Numbered from the stretch's first letter, positions 42,601 to 57,241 are shown. The stretch: 64,000 nucleotides of DNA from the human T2T-CHM13v2.0 reference genome, Homo sapiens (GCF_009914755.1 NC_060926.1), one strand, 5' to 3'. Notes: generated by a model from the sequence alone, not told the origin. Numbers and translations: made by a program.

Positions 42601-43128
42601 CCCAGCAATCCCATTACTGGGTATGTACCCAAATGATTATAAATTGTTCTACTGTAAAGACACATGCATACATATGTTTATTGCAGCACTGTTCACAATA
42701 GCAAAGACTTGGAACCAATCCAAATGCCCATCAATGATAGACTAGATAAAGAAAATGTGGCACAAATATACCATGGAATACTATGCAGCCATAAAAATGG
42801 ATGAGTTCATATCCTTTGCAGGGACAGGGATGAAGCTGGAAACCATCATTCTCAAAAAAGAAACACAAGAACAGAAAACCAAACACCACGTGTTCTCACT
42901 CATAAATGGGAGTTGAACAATGAGAACACATGGACACAGGGAGGGGAACATCACACACTGGGGCCTGTCAGTGGGTGGGGGTCTAGGGCAGGGATAGCAT
43001 TAGGAGAAATACGTAACGTAGATTACGGGTTTATGGGTGCAGAAAATCACCATGGCACATGTATACCTATGTAACAAACCTGCATGTTCTGCACATGTAC
43101 CCAAGAACTTAAAGTTTAATAAAAAAAA
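39656..43128. mobile_element. L1PA7-like insertion with a complex 5' inversion: antisense 39656-40300, antisense 40301-40482, sense 40483-43128
   Basis: Antisense ORF1 N-terminus (ORF 39576-39998, MRRSQRKKAENSKNQ) and 5' UTR; sense ORF2 RT/zinc-knuckle remnants and 3' UTR; degenerate TSD aaaaattgacataaataaa (39637-39655) vs aaaatttgacactaataaa (43125-43143). Confidence 0.9.
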
Positions 43129-43748
43129 TTTGACACTAATAAAACAATGCAATTCTCAAAGTGCTCAAGGTCTACTTGGAGAGGACTGGGTGGAGAACAA
43201 ATACAATCCTATCCATTGCATTAGACATGGTGGTGAAAATTTGTCTTCAGAACAATGCTGGCATTCACAATCATCCCAGCCCAATATCTGATATTTTATT
43301 TACTCACTCCACTGAACAAAATCTCTGGGAAAAATCTGGCCAAAAAGAGATTTTTTCTGGAGATTCTGTTCAGTTGAGTGAGTAGTGGAGTTAATCTCAA
43401 AGTATCATTGGAACTGTTTCTAAGTGGCTCATAACTCCTGAATTTAGGAATGACGATCAATCAATTGTGATATCAAGATCTTCATGAATAGCACTCACCA
43501 TCTCTGAAGGCATCTCTTAAACTTCTGAACTTGCCAAACATGTAGTGAACAATTTTGGTGTGAAGTTGATCAGGTCTTATGGGTTAATGGCATCCCCTAC
43601 TCATAAGCATGGAACACCACTGTGCACCCTGAAATCTCTAAGGACAGCAGCGGGGATTGTGGTGCCAAGCTGCCTAACAAAGTTACTAAAAATTAGAAAG
43701 AAAGAAGAAAGGAAGGAAAAGAAAAGGAAGAAGAAATAGCCAGAAATC

Positions 43749-43834
43749 AAACTCCAAAATTCTCTTTCTCCATGACCTTGATAAATTAGTCTAAACTCCA
43801 AAATTCTTTCTCCATGACCTTGATAAATTAGTCT
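43749..43834 (+). repeat. Tandem duplication, 44 + 42 bp
   Basis: aaactccaaaattc(tc)tttctccatgaccttgataaattagtct occurs twice, head to tail. Confidence 0.95.
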
Positions 43835-44577
43835 ATCTTCCTGAATGTCTTTCTTAGGTTGATTGGAAGAGATTGAGGTATATTATTTCTTAGATTATAT
43901 CCACTCCAACACACTATTGGCAAAGAAGTTTCTGAGAGCTTCTAGCAACTTTGGAAATATAGTTTTTATAAGTAGAATTAAAATATATATAAAAGAAGAT
44001 TATAAATGCATGGTACTGTCACCTAGGAACATCTTTTCTTAGTTGTATATGACCTCTAGAATCCTTTCAGTGAATAATAACAGTGTTCTATGTTTTAAAA
44101 AATTTAAATATATAAGTGTTTTCTTTCTTTGTGATGTAAACTTTGTTGATGTCACTCTTCATGCTATAAATTATTAGGGTAGCTTTGATTTTGTAGTTTG
44201 AATTCTATTGTATATAACCTACAGAAGAGAAATGGTATAAGAGATAAGGTATAATTAGATTTCCTTCTGATGCATTTTATTATTTGTTGCAGAATAAGAC
44301 ATGGCAGTTCTGTGTAAAAATTTTTAAAGTACTAAACCAGTTGAACATTAGCACATCAGAATCATATCATAACTGGCATCTCTGGATCCACAATCTGTAC
44401 AGCCAGGGGGCTCTGACTGTCTTTGGTAGAAAAAAGAAATCACTTGTATCAAACTGTGGCTTATTTGGATGAGTACTTTTAATTATATTTTTATAAATGC
44501 AATATTATTTTGCTTAAGTAAGATGTAACTTTTACAAAGTTATTTTGCTAGACTTACAAGTTGAATGTCTACATGAT

Positions 44578-44690
44578 TAGCTGTTCAAACTCACTCATGA
44601 AGATGGAAAGAGTCACTATTTTAAAATATGCAAGAGTGACAGACATTAACCATGGACCATCCCAGCCAGACTGGCAGTGTGACTGTCTTA
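44578..44690 (+). mobile_element. MER81-like hAT MITE (diverged)
   Basis: 'ggaaagagtcactattttaaaatatgcaagagtgacagacattaaccatggaccatcccagccagactgg' parallels the recalled MER81 consensus. Confidence 0.45.
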
Positions 44691-45932
44691 CTTAGAAGTG
44701 GCTTGAGTTGAGATTGTTTTAGTGGGCAAAGTGCCTCTGCTTACATACTTTCTGAGGTATTCTGATTTTGGTATTTATGTCACTTAAGAATGGAGACTCC
44801 AGTTATCTTTTGAAAATTCCATTAATTTGCAGTTTCAATTATGTTAATAATATCCATTTATTTCATAAACACAATTGCTGATTTCAGAGGTATAGCTTGG
44901 AATGAAAATTTTCATCTTTCACTCTGCAATATAGCTCCTGTTGTCCCCAAATGGGAACATAACTGATAGGCATGTTGACAAAATTCAATTCAACCTTTCA
45001 ATTGTAATCAAAACTACTACCAATAGTATACACCTGAGGATTCAGAATTTCTACATGCCATTTTATATAATGCTTTATGATCATAAAGTTTGGCAAATTG
45101 CTATTTATTTATTTATTTATTTATTTACAATTTTTTCATAGAAGAAATGCAAATACAAATCACTGGAGTGTTTTATGCAATAGGTACTTTTATCCTCAGA
45201 AGCAACCATTTTTCCCTTTTCCACAACCTAAGATGTTTTAAAAGTATCAAGTTTGTCTTGTAATGATCAAAGTGTTCAGTGATGTTCACAAATGAAAGAT
45301 AGGTTCTATTTCATTACAAATTCAATTCAATCACAAAGACAGCTGATAGCAAAAATCTGTAACAAATTGGGCAATTCAAGAAGCTATATTAATGAACACT
45401 GTGAAACACAGGGATCATTTGTGTAAATGAAGTTGAAAAATACACCTGTTGTTTCCAGTCCGTGATAATAATCATATATCTAGGCCATAGGATAAGGCCT
45501 GCTTTCTTAGTTCATGCCCATTAGGAAACAACCCTTCATTGTTACTTTGCATGTGGAAAGGGCTTACAAATGGTAGGGACTACAGGAAACGAAGCTGAAA
45601 GAATCATTTAGTGCAACTCTATACTCAGACAGGTGCCACTCTTAGACATTTTAATTAATCTCATTTGTTAGTTATACCTGTAAATCACACTGTTATCATT
45701 CCTGAACAAGGAATGGAAACCAGAAATTGTCACAGACTAAAAATAAAAGACCAAACCCTCAAATGGAATAGCCATATAAATTTACTGGCTTTGTTTCATA
45801 GCAGTACATTAGATTGAAATTAGATACCTGGAAAAATCCAAATTACAAGGAGGTCTCTTGTTTCTTTATATCACATTGACAGAAAACATGGTTTAATATA
45901 GCCCTCTAGGAAGGCTGCATATCATATACTAA

Positions 45933-45933
<1 letters not shown>

Positions 45934-45963
<30 letters not shown>
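45934..45963. repeat. (TG)n microsatellite
   Basis: Directly visible. Confidence 0.95.
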
Positions 45964-45965
<2 letters not shown>

Positions 45966-47318
45966 AGAGAAGGACATTTTTGAAATTATAAAGGGTCTTC
46001 TGTTTTAGTATAGTATGAGTATTGCTGTACAGCAAATCCAAGACTGATCCAAAGTCTTGTTAGAATATATCACCATGCATCTGGTTACAATACTGTCCAG
46101 CATCTGAATGATGGAAAGATTAGCCAAGAATACCAATGATTGAGAATAAAGAGGCTTTCAAGAGTATCCCAGCCTGGGTGGTGGTGGGGCGAGGGAGGTT
46201 CTACTTTTTTTATGTGTCTTGAAGGAATCACCCATGAGTAGACAACTCTATAACAAGATACCTGAATGAGAATATGACTGAGTATGCTTAGGGGTTAACT
46301 ATATGTTCCACAGATAGTTAAAAAAATGACCAAAAATATCTAAACACCCCTTACTCAGCATCAAAACAAACCCATTCTGCCTTTTCAAGTCCAGCAACTT
46401 TTCTAGGTTTAGTATACTCTTCAGCCATAGTGTTGACTAGACTCTGCATCAGCCAATATAGATGCATTCTCATCAATATCTTCCTGAAGCATTTAGCATC
46501 AGCATCTCTACAGGCTGGAACTTTGATTAAGGTCAAGCCAAATCCCACTTTAGTTTTACTCTAGTGAACTGGTATATAAAACAATGTGAAGTTTTAATAA
46601 GCATTAGTAAGAGCTGTAGTTAACATAATAAAATCTGTTTTAAATTATTAAATGTTCAGAAATACTTTGTTATGATCACATTTACCAATGGTTGTTACCT
46701 AGAAAAATGTATCAATGGAACTTGTATATGAGAAATAGCTAAATTTGTGCCAAGTAAAAAACACACAAAAGATGCTCTTTTGATCAAATCTGAACTTTCA
46801 ATTATCGCCTTGTCATGTTATCATTTGTCTCTTTAATCTCTAATTTAAGTAGCAAAATGTTCTATTTGACTCTTGAAGTTTCCATAATTTAAGGCAATTT
46901 AACTATATTTATAAATAAGATACAAATAACAGATAAGCATTCAAAAAATATAATTACAAAAATAATAAAAGTCTATGAAATAAGAAATTGTGACGTGCTG
47001 TTGCTTAAAAGGTGTGAAAACTCTACTAATAGTCTTCAAATCAATGATTTTTTTTTAACATTTTAGTAACATGAGCTATTTAACAATCTTATTAAACTAT
47101 CTCCCCGTAAGATAAATCAACACACTTTATTGTATAAGATTTTATTTCTGGAAATTGGTTCTCTTTACATTCAGAATATTAGAATAATCTTTATTTTTGA
47201 ATTTCTTAACGAATTATTGATCATTTTCTGAAAGATTTTGAAATTAACCCCCACACTGTGCAAATGAACTAAAATTAAATATTATTTTTGTCAAATGCAA
47301 ATTTCAATGAGAAGGCTT

Positions 47319-47614
47319 TTTTTTTTTTTTTTTTTTTGAGACGTAGTCTCGCTCTATCGCCCAGGCTGGAGTGCAGTGGTGCGACCTCGGCTTACGGCAA
47401 ACTCTGCCTCCCGGGTTCACACCGTTCTCCTGCCTCAGCCTCCTGAGTAGTTGGGACTACAGGCTCCCGCCACCGTGCCCAGCTAATTTTTTGTATTTTT
47501 AGTAGAGACGAGGTTTCATCGTGTTAGCCAGGATGGTCTCGATCTGACCTCGTGATCCGCCCGCCTCGGCCTCCCAAAGTGCTGAGATTACAGGCATGAG
47601 CCACCGCGCCTAGC
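47319..47614 (-). mobile_element. AluY-like, full length
   Basis: Y diagnostics 'gttagccaggatggtctcgatc' and 'cctcgtgatccgcccgcc'; TSD tgagaaggctt at 47308-47318 and 47615-47625. Confidence 0.95.
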
Positions 47615-47939
47615 TGAGAAGGCTTCCATTGTTTAAGGAGAAGGTGCATTTGAAGTTAGGGAATGGTCTTTGCTAAGGAAATGAGCTTTAGCATTAGATC
47701 ATTTTAGCTGCTTTGATCTGACAGCATCAGAAACATCTAATATATTAGCTATGAGAGTACTATAGAAGTAAACTGAATCAAATCCCCCCTAACTTAGGTT
47801 GTCAGATGAGAGTAAGGTTCGGGTAAAGAACCACGTGAAATCTGCATGTTCATTCAAGTTTAATTTATTGTTTTATTAAAGCATTGTTTCTTTTGTCTGC
47901 AACTTAGGTTTTACAGCCTGCATTGCGAATGTTGTGTGG

Positions 47940-49136
47940 AGACTTTGCCATGTCCTCATAAGGACATTCACAATGGAAGCCTCTATGGATAGAGTCACTA
48001 GACTTCTTTTAAGTAATGCTTCTTGGCTGGTGACTAGGGCCCTGGTTAAAAAAAAAAAAAAAAAAGGACCGTGGAACTCCCAGTGGCCATACCAACCATG
48101 CTGTTTATCAATAATAGAATGTTAACTTGATTCATGTTACCATAGGTCTGGCATGTCCAGGAGCACTCACTCATCAAGTACATGAAATGTTACATAGGGG
48201 ATGAGGCTGGGGCCAATCGTAAAAGCACATGAAGTGTGCATGAGCAATTGGACCACATTCCCATTGTGCCTATTCTTGCCTCCTGGCCATCCTCCTCCAA
48301 TGTACACATCTAGACTCATCAGGAGTTCCATATAAACTCTCTGAATAAAGAGTAAAAATATCTGGCATGAGTTACAGGTGATTGGCATTACTAGGAAGAG
48401 AATGCAGGGGTGTTGCGTTATAACCCCATTTATTTACGAAAAACAAGATAGGATGGGGATTCTCCTCCTGGGCAGAATATCAACTTCTATCTTATCTTAT
48501 AATTTATATTATACTGTAAGGAGATAGCTGAAGTATATAGCTACAGGAAATCACAAAATGTGGCAAAGAGTGGTCAGACAATTTAGGGATTTGGAAGGTG
48601 CAACATTGGTGGATTGATGATGAAGAGGAGGGGCAAGAGGTATGTGGATGGAAAGCTAGGAGCAATCTCAAAGTGTGAGAGCATTTGTGCCTGTTGTGAC
48701 TGCTCATCAAAAGGCTCCTACTGCAAAAGAGGCTCCTCAGTAGCCATGGACATATTAGTCCAGCTGTGGATGCCCGAGAGTCTCTTTCAACAGACAATGC
48801 AGTATTTGCTCAATTGTCCATAATGACAGAGAAATAAACTATAGAGACCTGAGTGATCAGTGAGGAACTAGGGCTGCTGCTATGCTGTAGGAGTAGGGTG
48901 ACTCGAGGATGGAGCACAATTGAACTCCTGGCATTTTCACTTGTAATAACATTGTTCAGAGATAAAGTTAGTGGAAGATGATGGTTACTCTACAGCAGAA
49001 AGATCACTAAGGAGTCACCTAACTCAGAAATGAAACAATGAAACAAAGGATACCCTCAGAAAAGTCATATATATCAACCATGGCCATCTGGGAACCAAAT
49101 ACTTTAGTCTCTGTCTATAGTTTCTTTCTTTCATAT

Positions 49137-49168
<32 letters not shown>

Positions 49169-49790
49169 TGCGGTTTCAAATTGAGTGTGTTGGTGGTAAT
49201 TAAATTTGAAATTTTTGTCCAAAGATGACAGAATTTTAAGACTTGATTTTTATCTCAATAAAATGAGGAATAAACATCACCAGGAATCCTAGGTTTTGTG
49301 TTAGATAGCTGGTCACATTTTGGAGGTCGTTCTTTGAGGAGAGGATGAATGTATTTCCATTTTTATAAGGGAGAGCTATATTATGTTGGGTGGGAATGCT
49401 TTTGTTTGGATGAGCTACTAATGGAAGAAGGGTGCAAACATTAGGTCACAAAAGAAATACTTTGTGCACATTTTCCATTCTCGTGGCCACTCAGCACACA
49501 AACTCTTATCATAGGCAGTAATGATGGAATTCAGACCCACTTCACTGCAGGATAAGCACTCAGAGATGCCCATTTTCCCAACCCCCTGGTGGCCCAGGAA
49601 GCACGTGGGCATTTTACTTCTACCCACAGATATGAAATTTTAGGTACTGGCCCAAGGCTATGGAGACAGTTTAAATTTATTCATGATACCAGAGTCAATG
49701 TTCTTGAAGCCAAGAATGCCAGGCCAGCGGCAACATTCTAATCTGATTGCTACAATGGCATGAACTTGGTTGTGTTTTATGCCATCTAGT
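47940..49790 (+). mobile_element. Class III ERV (ERVL-type) remnant: decayed pol (RNase H region), 3' UTR and possible LTR
   Basis: Segments resemble ERVL pol: 'gggattctcctcctgggcagaa', 'agggatttggaaggtgcaacattgg', 'tgtgactgctcatcaaaagg'; ERVL 3'-UTR-like 'gaggagaggatgaatgtattt...tattatgttgggtgg'; a purine tract near 49425 precedes an LTR-like block. Confidence 0.6.
49138..49165. repeat. (CA)n microsatellite
   Basis: Directly visible. Confidence 0.95.
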
Positions 49791-49935
49791 CTTTCTCTTG
49801 CTTATCAGATCCTTTAACTTTATTTGGCAGTGTTTGCAGGGGTCCTCAAATTGTTATCATAGATAAATGATAAGTTTTAGTCACCTTTGATTCAAGCAGG
49901 AAAAGGGACTTTCATTATTAGAAGATCCCTATTTA

Positions 49936-50175
49936 ACTCCCTTCCTCTCTTTTTTCCTTCCTTCCTTCCTTTCTCTTTCTTTCTCTCTCTCTCTTTCTCT
50001 TTAGCCTTTCCTTCCTTCCCTCCCTCCTTCCTTCCCTTCCTTCCTTCCTTCCTTCTTCCCTCCCTCCCTCCCTTCCTCCTTCCATCATCTTCTCACTCCT
50101 TCCCTTCCTCCTTCCCTCTCTCATCTTCCTCCCTCCTTTCCTCCTTCCTTCCACCTTCCAGACCTTCCATTTTTT
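49936..50175. repeat. Polypyrimidine (TTCC/TCCC/TC)n low-complexity tract
   Basis: Directly visible; explains ORFs 49887-50180 and 49933-50220. Confidence 0.95.
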
Positions 50176-51779
50176 TGTAAATACGATGTTTGATTCAGTG
50201 AATTCTGAAATCATAAGCATAAAACAGATATGTTTTCCAATAACTGCTTTTATGAAATTATAAAACTATGATTTTCCCCCAAGTCTTAAACATTTTTGTT
50301 AATTGCTATACAGCCTCATTTTGCCTATTAAAACTCAGGCCCTGGTTTTGAATTTGAGCAATTCTAAAAATGTGCTATTTCCTATCATTGGATCCTTAAG
50401 TATAACCTATCTGTTTCTCCCCAACCAAATGTGGCAGAGATGCAAGTAGAAGCATGGGCTTCCTAACAGTGACTGCACTGGGGTTTTGTTCTTTCAAATC
50501 TGAAGTCCCACAAGCGGGGCAAACACTGCAATATTAGTTCTGTGAGCTCTGGGCAATTAATAGTAAGTATCAAATGATGGGAAGGAATGTGAAGTGAAGC
50601 ATAGTTCAACATTAGACTCTGTGAATATCCCTGGCCCAAAAAAACAAGGATGACTAAAATTACTGGGTTTGAGTTATATCAGTTCCTGAGCCTGAGAGGG
50701 ATGAAGAGATCAAGGAGCAAAGAGGCTTTCCATGGATTTCTTACTGGACAGCCAGTGCCTCCTATCTAGTAGAGCCTCTGCCTTCCTTTTCACCTATGGG
50801 ATTGCTGTAGGTAAGCATTCTAGAATCTGACATGAGCCCTCATGAACAAAACAAAATAAACAAAAACATGACAAGGCATGAAAGAGAACACAATGCTCAT
50901 ACAATAAAGACTGTTCTGAAAAAGTTGAAATAGAATACTTGAATTTTAACACAAAGAATAATTTTTAGGAATTAAATAGTATGACTTCCTTACCACAAAT
51001 TCAGCAATGAACAGAAGGTGAGGATGAATTATTTTTCACCTGAATTAATTATCTGGGACACAAACTGTAAGAAATAAATCAAGATACCCAGAAAAAATAT
51101 GAAGTGGTATTAGTCATACTAGTGATAATAAACCTATTATCGCTAGGTTTATTATCAGACTTTATGCAATGCTAGACGGTATAAGTGGATAACAGAATAA
51201 AGAGAATGTGACCTAAGAATTTTTTTACCAGCTGATATCTTGCAAGAAGGAAAGATATTAGAGAACATACTAGATATCAGTAAATGTGTTACACTTGTAA
51301 CAAATTTGAGGAAAATACTCAAGAAAGAACACTAATTAAACAGCAAATGAACCAGGATACAGACTTGCTCAAACATTTTATCTCAATAGATAAGAACAAG
51401 CTGTCAGGGATTTTGAAAAATTAGTGCTCAATAAGAATTATTAAAATAGACAAGCTATCCTTTAAGAAAAAATTATAATAGTACAGAAGAAAGTGTGCTA
51501 AACCATCTGAGTTTTCCTCTTTTCGAGGAGCTGGAGACAGGGCAGGAGAAATGAAAGCAGCTAAATGTCTCATTTCTTAGGAAGTAATTATTCTTTAGAA
51601 TTCTCTTATTAGGGAAAAGGGTTGGGATTGAGGAAGAAGAGCACCTTCACTGGTGAGTAGTATATCTTCATAGGGAAAATACTTCACATGTAGTACTGTA
51701 ACAGTAGAGATATATGTGTTAATTATAAAAACAGGTAAAGGAAATATAACAGTTAAATGAAAAATATATGAAATTTCAA

Positions 51780-52046
51780 AATTAAAAAGGGGAAAGTGGA
51801 ATGAACAGAAATGTCATCAAACATGCAAATGTAAGGATAATGATATGAAAACAGGAGAAGCAAAAACTGCCAGAACTGGTTTTAATAAATTTAGTTGTAT
51901 TCTATTTGTGAAACACACACTCAAAAATAAAAGATACTTGTGGTTAAAAATAAAATTATAAGCATATAGGACTTATACAAATCCAACAAAAAGGCAGAAT
52001 GGCATTGTTAATATCAAACAAAATGAGTTTAAAGTTAAATAATCTA
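51780..52046 (+). mobile_element. Very old L1 (L1ME-like) ORF2 endonuclease-region fragment
   Basis: 'gaaacacacactcaaaaataaaagatac...ggttaaaaataaaa...aaaaaggcagaatggcattgttaatatcaaacaaaatgagtttaaag' parallels the L1 endonuclease N-terminus; may extend upstream. Confidence 0.5.
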
Positions 52047-53361
<1,315 letters not shown>

Positions 53362-53761
53362 TAAAGTTAAATAATCTAAAACATTAAAAAGATAAATCAT
53401 ACCAGCTGTTTCTTATGACCCCAATATTGTGCAATGCTATTCATATACAGCAAGTCTAACATGGGGAAATTTATCTTGAAAACTCATTTATTCATCCTAT
53501 CAACTTCCATTCAAGAAATATTTATGAAACATTTATGTGTGCTAAAAACAGATTCTGGAATTAAAATAGATAAAAAGTCCTTTTCACCTGGACCTTATGT
53601 TTGAGAGAAAAAAAAAAAAGACACGAAATCACAAGCTAGTATGCCACAAAAACATATCAGTTACATGAAGAACAACAACAAGCAATATAAAGATAATCTG
53701 ATTAATATAACAGTATTGAGGAGCTTCAAAACATCATTTTCAAAGTTGGCTAAGTTTGTAT

Positions 53762-56078
53762 AGAGTGTTCATTAGTTATTTTTGTTTGTTTCTTCAATCA
53801 GAGTTAATTTACCATCAGTTTAAAAAAATGAGTTATAAGATAGTATTTGCAAGCCTCACAGTAACCACAAGTCAAAAAACATACAATGGATAAATAAAAA
53901 ATAAAAAGCAAGAAGTTATATTATAACACCAGAGAAAATCACTTTCACTAAAAGGAAGACAGGAGAAAAGAAAAGAAGGAAGAAAAGGCCACAAAACAAC
54001 CAGAAATCAAATAACAAAATGGCAGGAATAAGCCCATACTTATCAACAATAACATTGAATGGAAATGGACTAAACTCTCTAATAAAAGAGCATAGAGTGG
54101 CTAAATAAATGAGAAAACAAGACCCAAGGATCTATTACCTACAAGAAAAACACTTAATCCATAAAGCATACATAAACTGAAAATAAAGGGATGGAAAAAG
54201 ATATTCCATGTCAATGGAAAGAAAAAATAGAGCCAAGGTATCTATATTTACATCAGACAAAATAGATTTCAAGACAAAAACCTTAAGAAGAAACAAAAAT
54301 GGCCATTATATAATGATAAAGGGGTCAATTCAGCAATTGTGAATATATATACACCCAATACAGGAGCACCCAAATATAAAAAGCAAATATTATTAGAGCT
54401 AAAGAGAGATACACTCCAATACAATAATAGTTGGAGACTTCAATGCCCCACTCTCAGCACTGGACAATCTCCCAGACAGAAAATAAACGAAGAAACATTG
54501 GACTTAATCTGCAGTATAGACCAAACGGACATAATTAATATTTACAGAATACATCATCCAGTGGCTGGAAAATGCATATTTTTCTCCCCAGAAAATGGAT
54601 TATTCTCAAGGATAGAGCATATATTAGCTCATATGACAAATCTTAAAACATTCAAAAAATTTGAAATAATATCAAGCATCTTCTCTGACCACAATGGAAT
54701 AAAACTAGAAATTAATAACAAGAGGAATTTTGGAATCTACACAAAAATATGAAAATTAAAGTATATACTCCTGAACAACCAGTGGGTCAATGAAGAAATT
54801 AAGAAGAAAATTTAAAATTTTCTTAAAACAAATGATAATGGGAACAAAACATACCAAAACCTATGGAATACAGTGAAAGCAGAACTAAGAGGGAAATTTA
54901 GAACTAAGAGGGAAATTTATACCTGTAATTGCCTACATCAAAACAATAAAAAAGAAAAACTACAAATAGATAACCTAAAAATGCCTCCTAAAGAACTGGG
55001 AAAGCAAGAGCAAACCAAATCCAAAATTAGCAGAAGAAAATAAATAAGATCAGAGAAGAAACAGATTTCAAACCAAGTTTGAAATGAAGAAAATTATACA
55101 AAAGATCAATGAAACAAAAATTGTGTTTTTTTAAGAAAGATAAACAAAATTGACAAACCTTAACTAGAGTAAGAATAAAAGAGAGATGACTCCAATAAAC
55201 AAAATCAGAGATGAAACGAGACATTACAACTGATACTGCAGAAATTCAAAATTTCATTAGCAGTTATTATGAGCAACTATATGCAAATAAATTAGAAAAT
55301 CTAAAATAAATAGATAATTTCTTAGACACTTACAATCACCAAGATTGAACCATGAAGAAATCCAAAACCTGAACAGACCAATAACAAGTAATGAGGTTGA
55401 AGCCATAATAAAAAATTCTCCCAGCAAAAAAAACTCAGACCTAATAGCTTTACTGCTGAATTCCACTACACATTTAAGGAATAACTAATACGAATCCTAC
55501 TCAAACTATTCTGAAAAATACAGGAGAGAATATTTCCAAATTCATTCTATGAGCTCAGAATTACCCTGATACCAAAACCAAAGACACATTAAAAAAAGGA
55601 AGCTACAGGCCATTATCCATGATGAATATTGATGCAAAACTCCTCAACAAATAATAGCAAACCAAATTCAATAATACATTAAAAAGATCATTCATTGTGA
55701 ACAAATAGAATTTATCTCAGGGATGCAAGGATGGTCCAACATATGTAGATTAGCCAATGTGATACATAATATGAACACAATGGAGGACAAAAACCAGCCA
55801 TTCATTTCAATTGATGCTGAAAAGCCATTTGGTAGAATTTAACAGTCCTTCACGCTAAAAATTCTAAAAAAAAAAAAAAGATATAGCAGGAACGTACTTT
55901 GACATAATAAAAGGTGTATAAGACAGATATACAGTTATTATCATACTGAATGGAAAAAAAACTGAAAGACTTTCCTCTAAGATCTGGAATGAACAAGGAT
56001 GCCCACTGTCACCACTGTTGTTCAGCATAGTACTGGAAGACCTAGGTAGAGCAATCAGACAAGAGAAAGATATAAAGG
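53762..56078 (+). mobile_element. L1MA-like fragment (inter-ORF region, endonuclease, start of RT), cut abruptly at the 3' side
   Basis: ORF 54339-54752 (NIYTPNTGAPKY...SSIFSDHNGIKLEINNKRN); ends at 'gcaatcagacaagagaaagatataaagg'. Confidence 0.88.
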
Positions 56079-56441
56079 TCAAAATCTCCTTGTTAAGCCC
56101 CACAGGCCCCCAAAGCTCAGTGTATCCCTCACTGAGGGTGGGGCACAACTCCCAAATAGGGGAGGTAGCATGATCAATAGTACCTGGACCCAAATGGTTC
56201 ATCAAAGCAATAACAAACCAGGGATCACATGGCAGGGAGGCAGTCAGAGACCAAGGGCCACATCGTCTTCAGCTGCAGAGCTTCTGAGACACCAATATAG
56301 AAATCTATGTGAGGTCAGCTAGCATTAAAATAAAATCAATTACTATGTGCCAAGCCCTGAGTGTGGCGCCTCTGCCTCAAAACCCCAAGTGTTACCAAGC
56401 CTTGCAGGGGTTTGTGTGTGTGTGTTTTGGGGGTGGGGGAG

Positions 56442-56618
56442 AGCCTCAGAATCTGTTCCCCGACCACTGCATCAGCATCACCTGGGAACTTGTTGGAAAT
56501 CCAAGTTGTAAGGCTCCAACCACTGAATCAGACACTCTGGGACCAGGCCCAATAGTCAGTTTTAAAGAATCCCCCTCCTGTGTGATTCTGATGCTGGCTC
56601 CAGAATAAGAATCACTGA
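56442..56618. mobile_element. MER5A-like hAT-Charlie MITE
   Basis: 'gcatcagcatcacctgggaacttgttggaaat...actgaatcagacactctggga...gtgattctgatgc...agaatcactg'. Confidence 0.8.
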
Positions 56619-56619
56619 C

Positions 56620-56730
56620 CTAGCCCTGTTTTTGTAGGTGGAGAAACGGGTTCAGAGACTGTGCCACTTACACAAGGTCATAACTGTTAAATGGCTAGAT
56701 GGGTTTTAAATCCAGCTTTGTCCATTCTAG
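56620..56730 (-). mobile_element. MIR core
   Basis: 'tttttgtaggtggagaaacgggttcagaga...cacttacacaaggtcata...ggttttaaatccag'. Confidence 0.7.
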
Positions 56731-57241
56731 AAACAAGGCTTATATATAGGCTTGCCCATTTTGGGATTAGAGAAGGAATCTTAAGAATCCCAGAGAGGAG
56801 AAGAGTCAAGGAAAGCCCTTTCACAGAGAAAGCTGGCCCAGACTTTAGATCTCTCTGTTCTTTGCCTCCCTAGCAGCCAGACATCCAAGGGCTGCTCACA
56901 CTGTCACCCCACACACCCCACTGGAGGCTGGAGGGGAAAACACATCACTGTTGGGCTTCCTGGCAGTGACCTTTGTCTTTCAGAAGTAGGAGGCATGCAG
57001 GACACTCCCCCTGCCACAAAATACACAACTGGGAAATACTAGCAGGTATAGCCTCTAGTATGCTGTTAAATTCAACAGAAAATGGCACACCTCAAATGCG
57101 TGAAAACAGAAGCTAACAGGCAGGGATGGATGGTCCAAACCTGCCCAGCAGGTGTCCCATTGCTCAAACAGGCACCCACATCTCTGACGGGTTGCAGAAC
57201 CAGTCCAGCGGTTTTGGGGTTCCACCCTCCCTGGACTGCAG

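Noticed and set aside
45600-45760. Possible MIR (also a possible L2 at 53505-53610 and an MLT1 piece at 12340-12600)
   Set aside because: Similarity too weak to call confidently by eye.
54882-54919. 19-bp tandem duplication gaactaagagggaaattta
   Set aside because: Ordinary microduplication in a dead L1.
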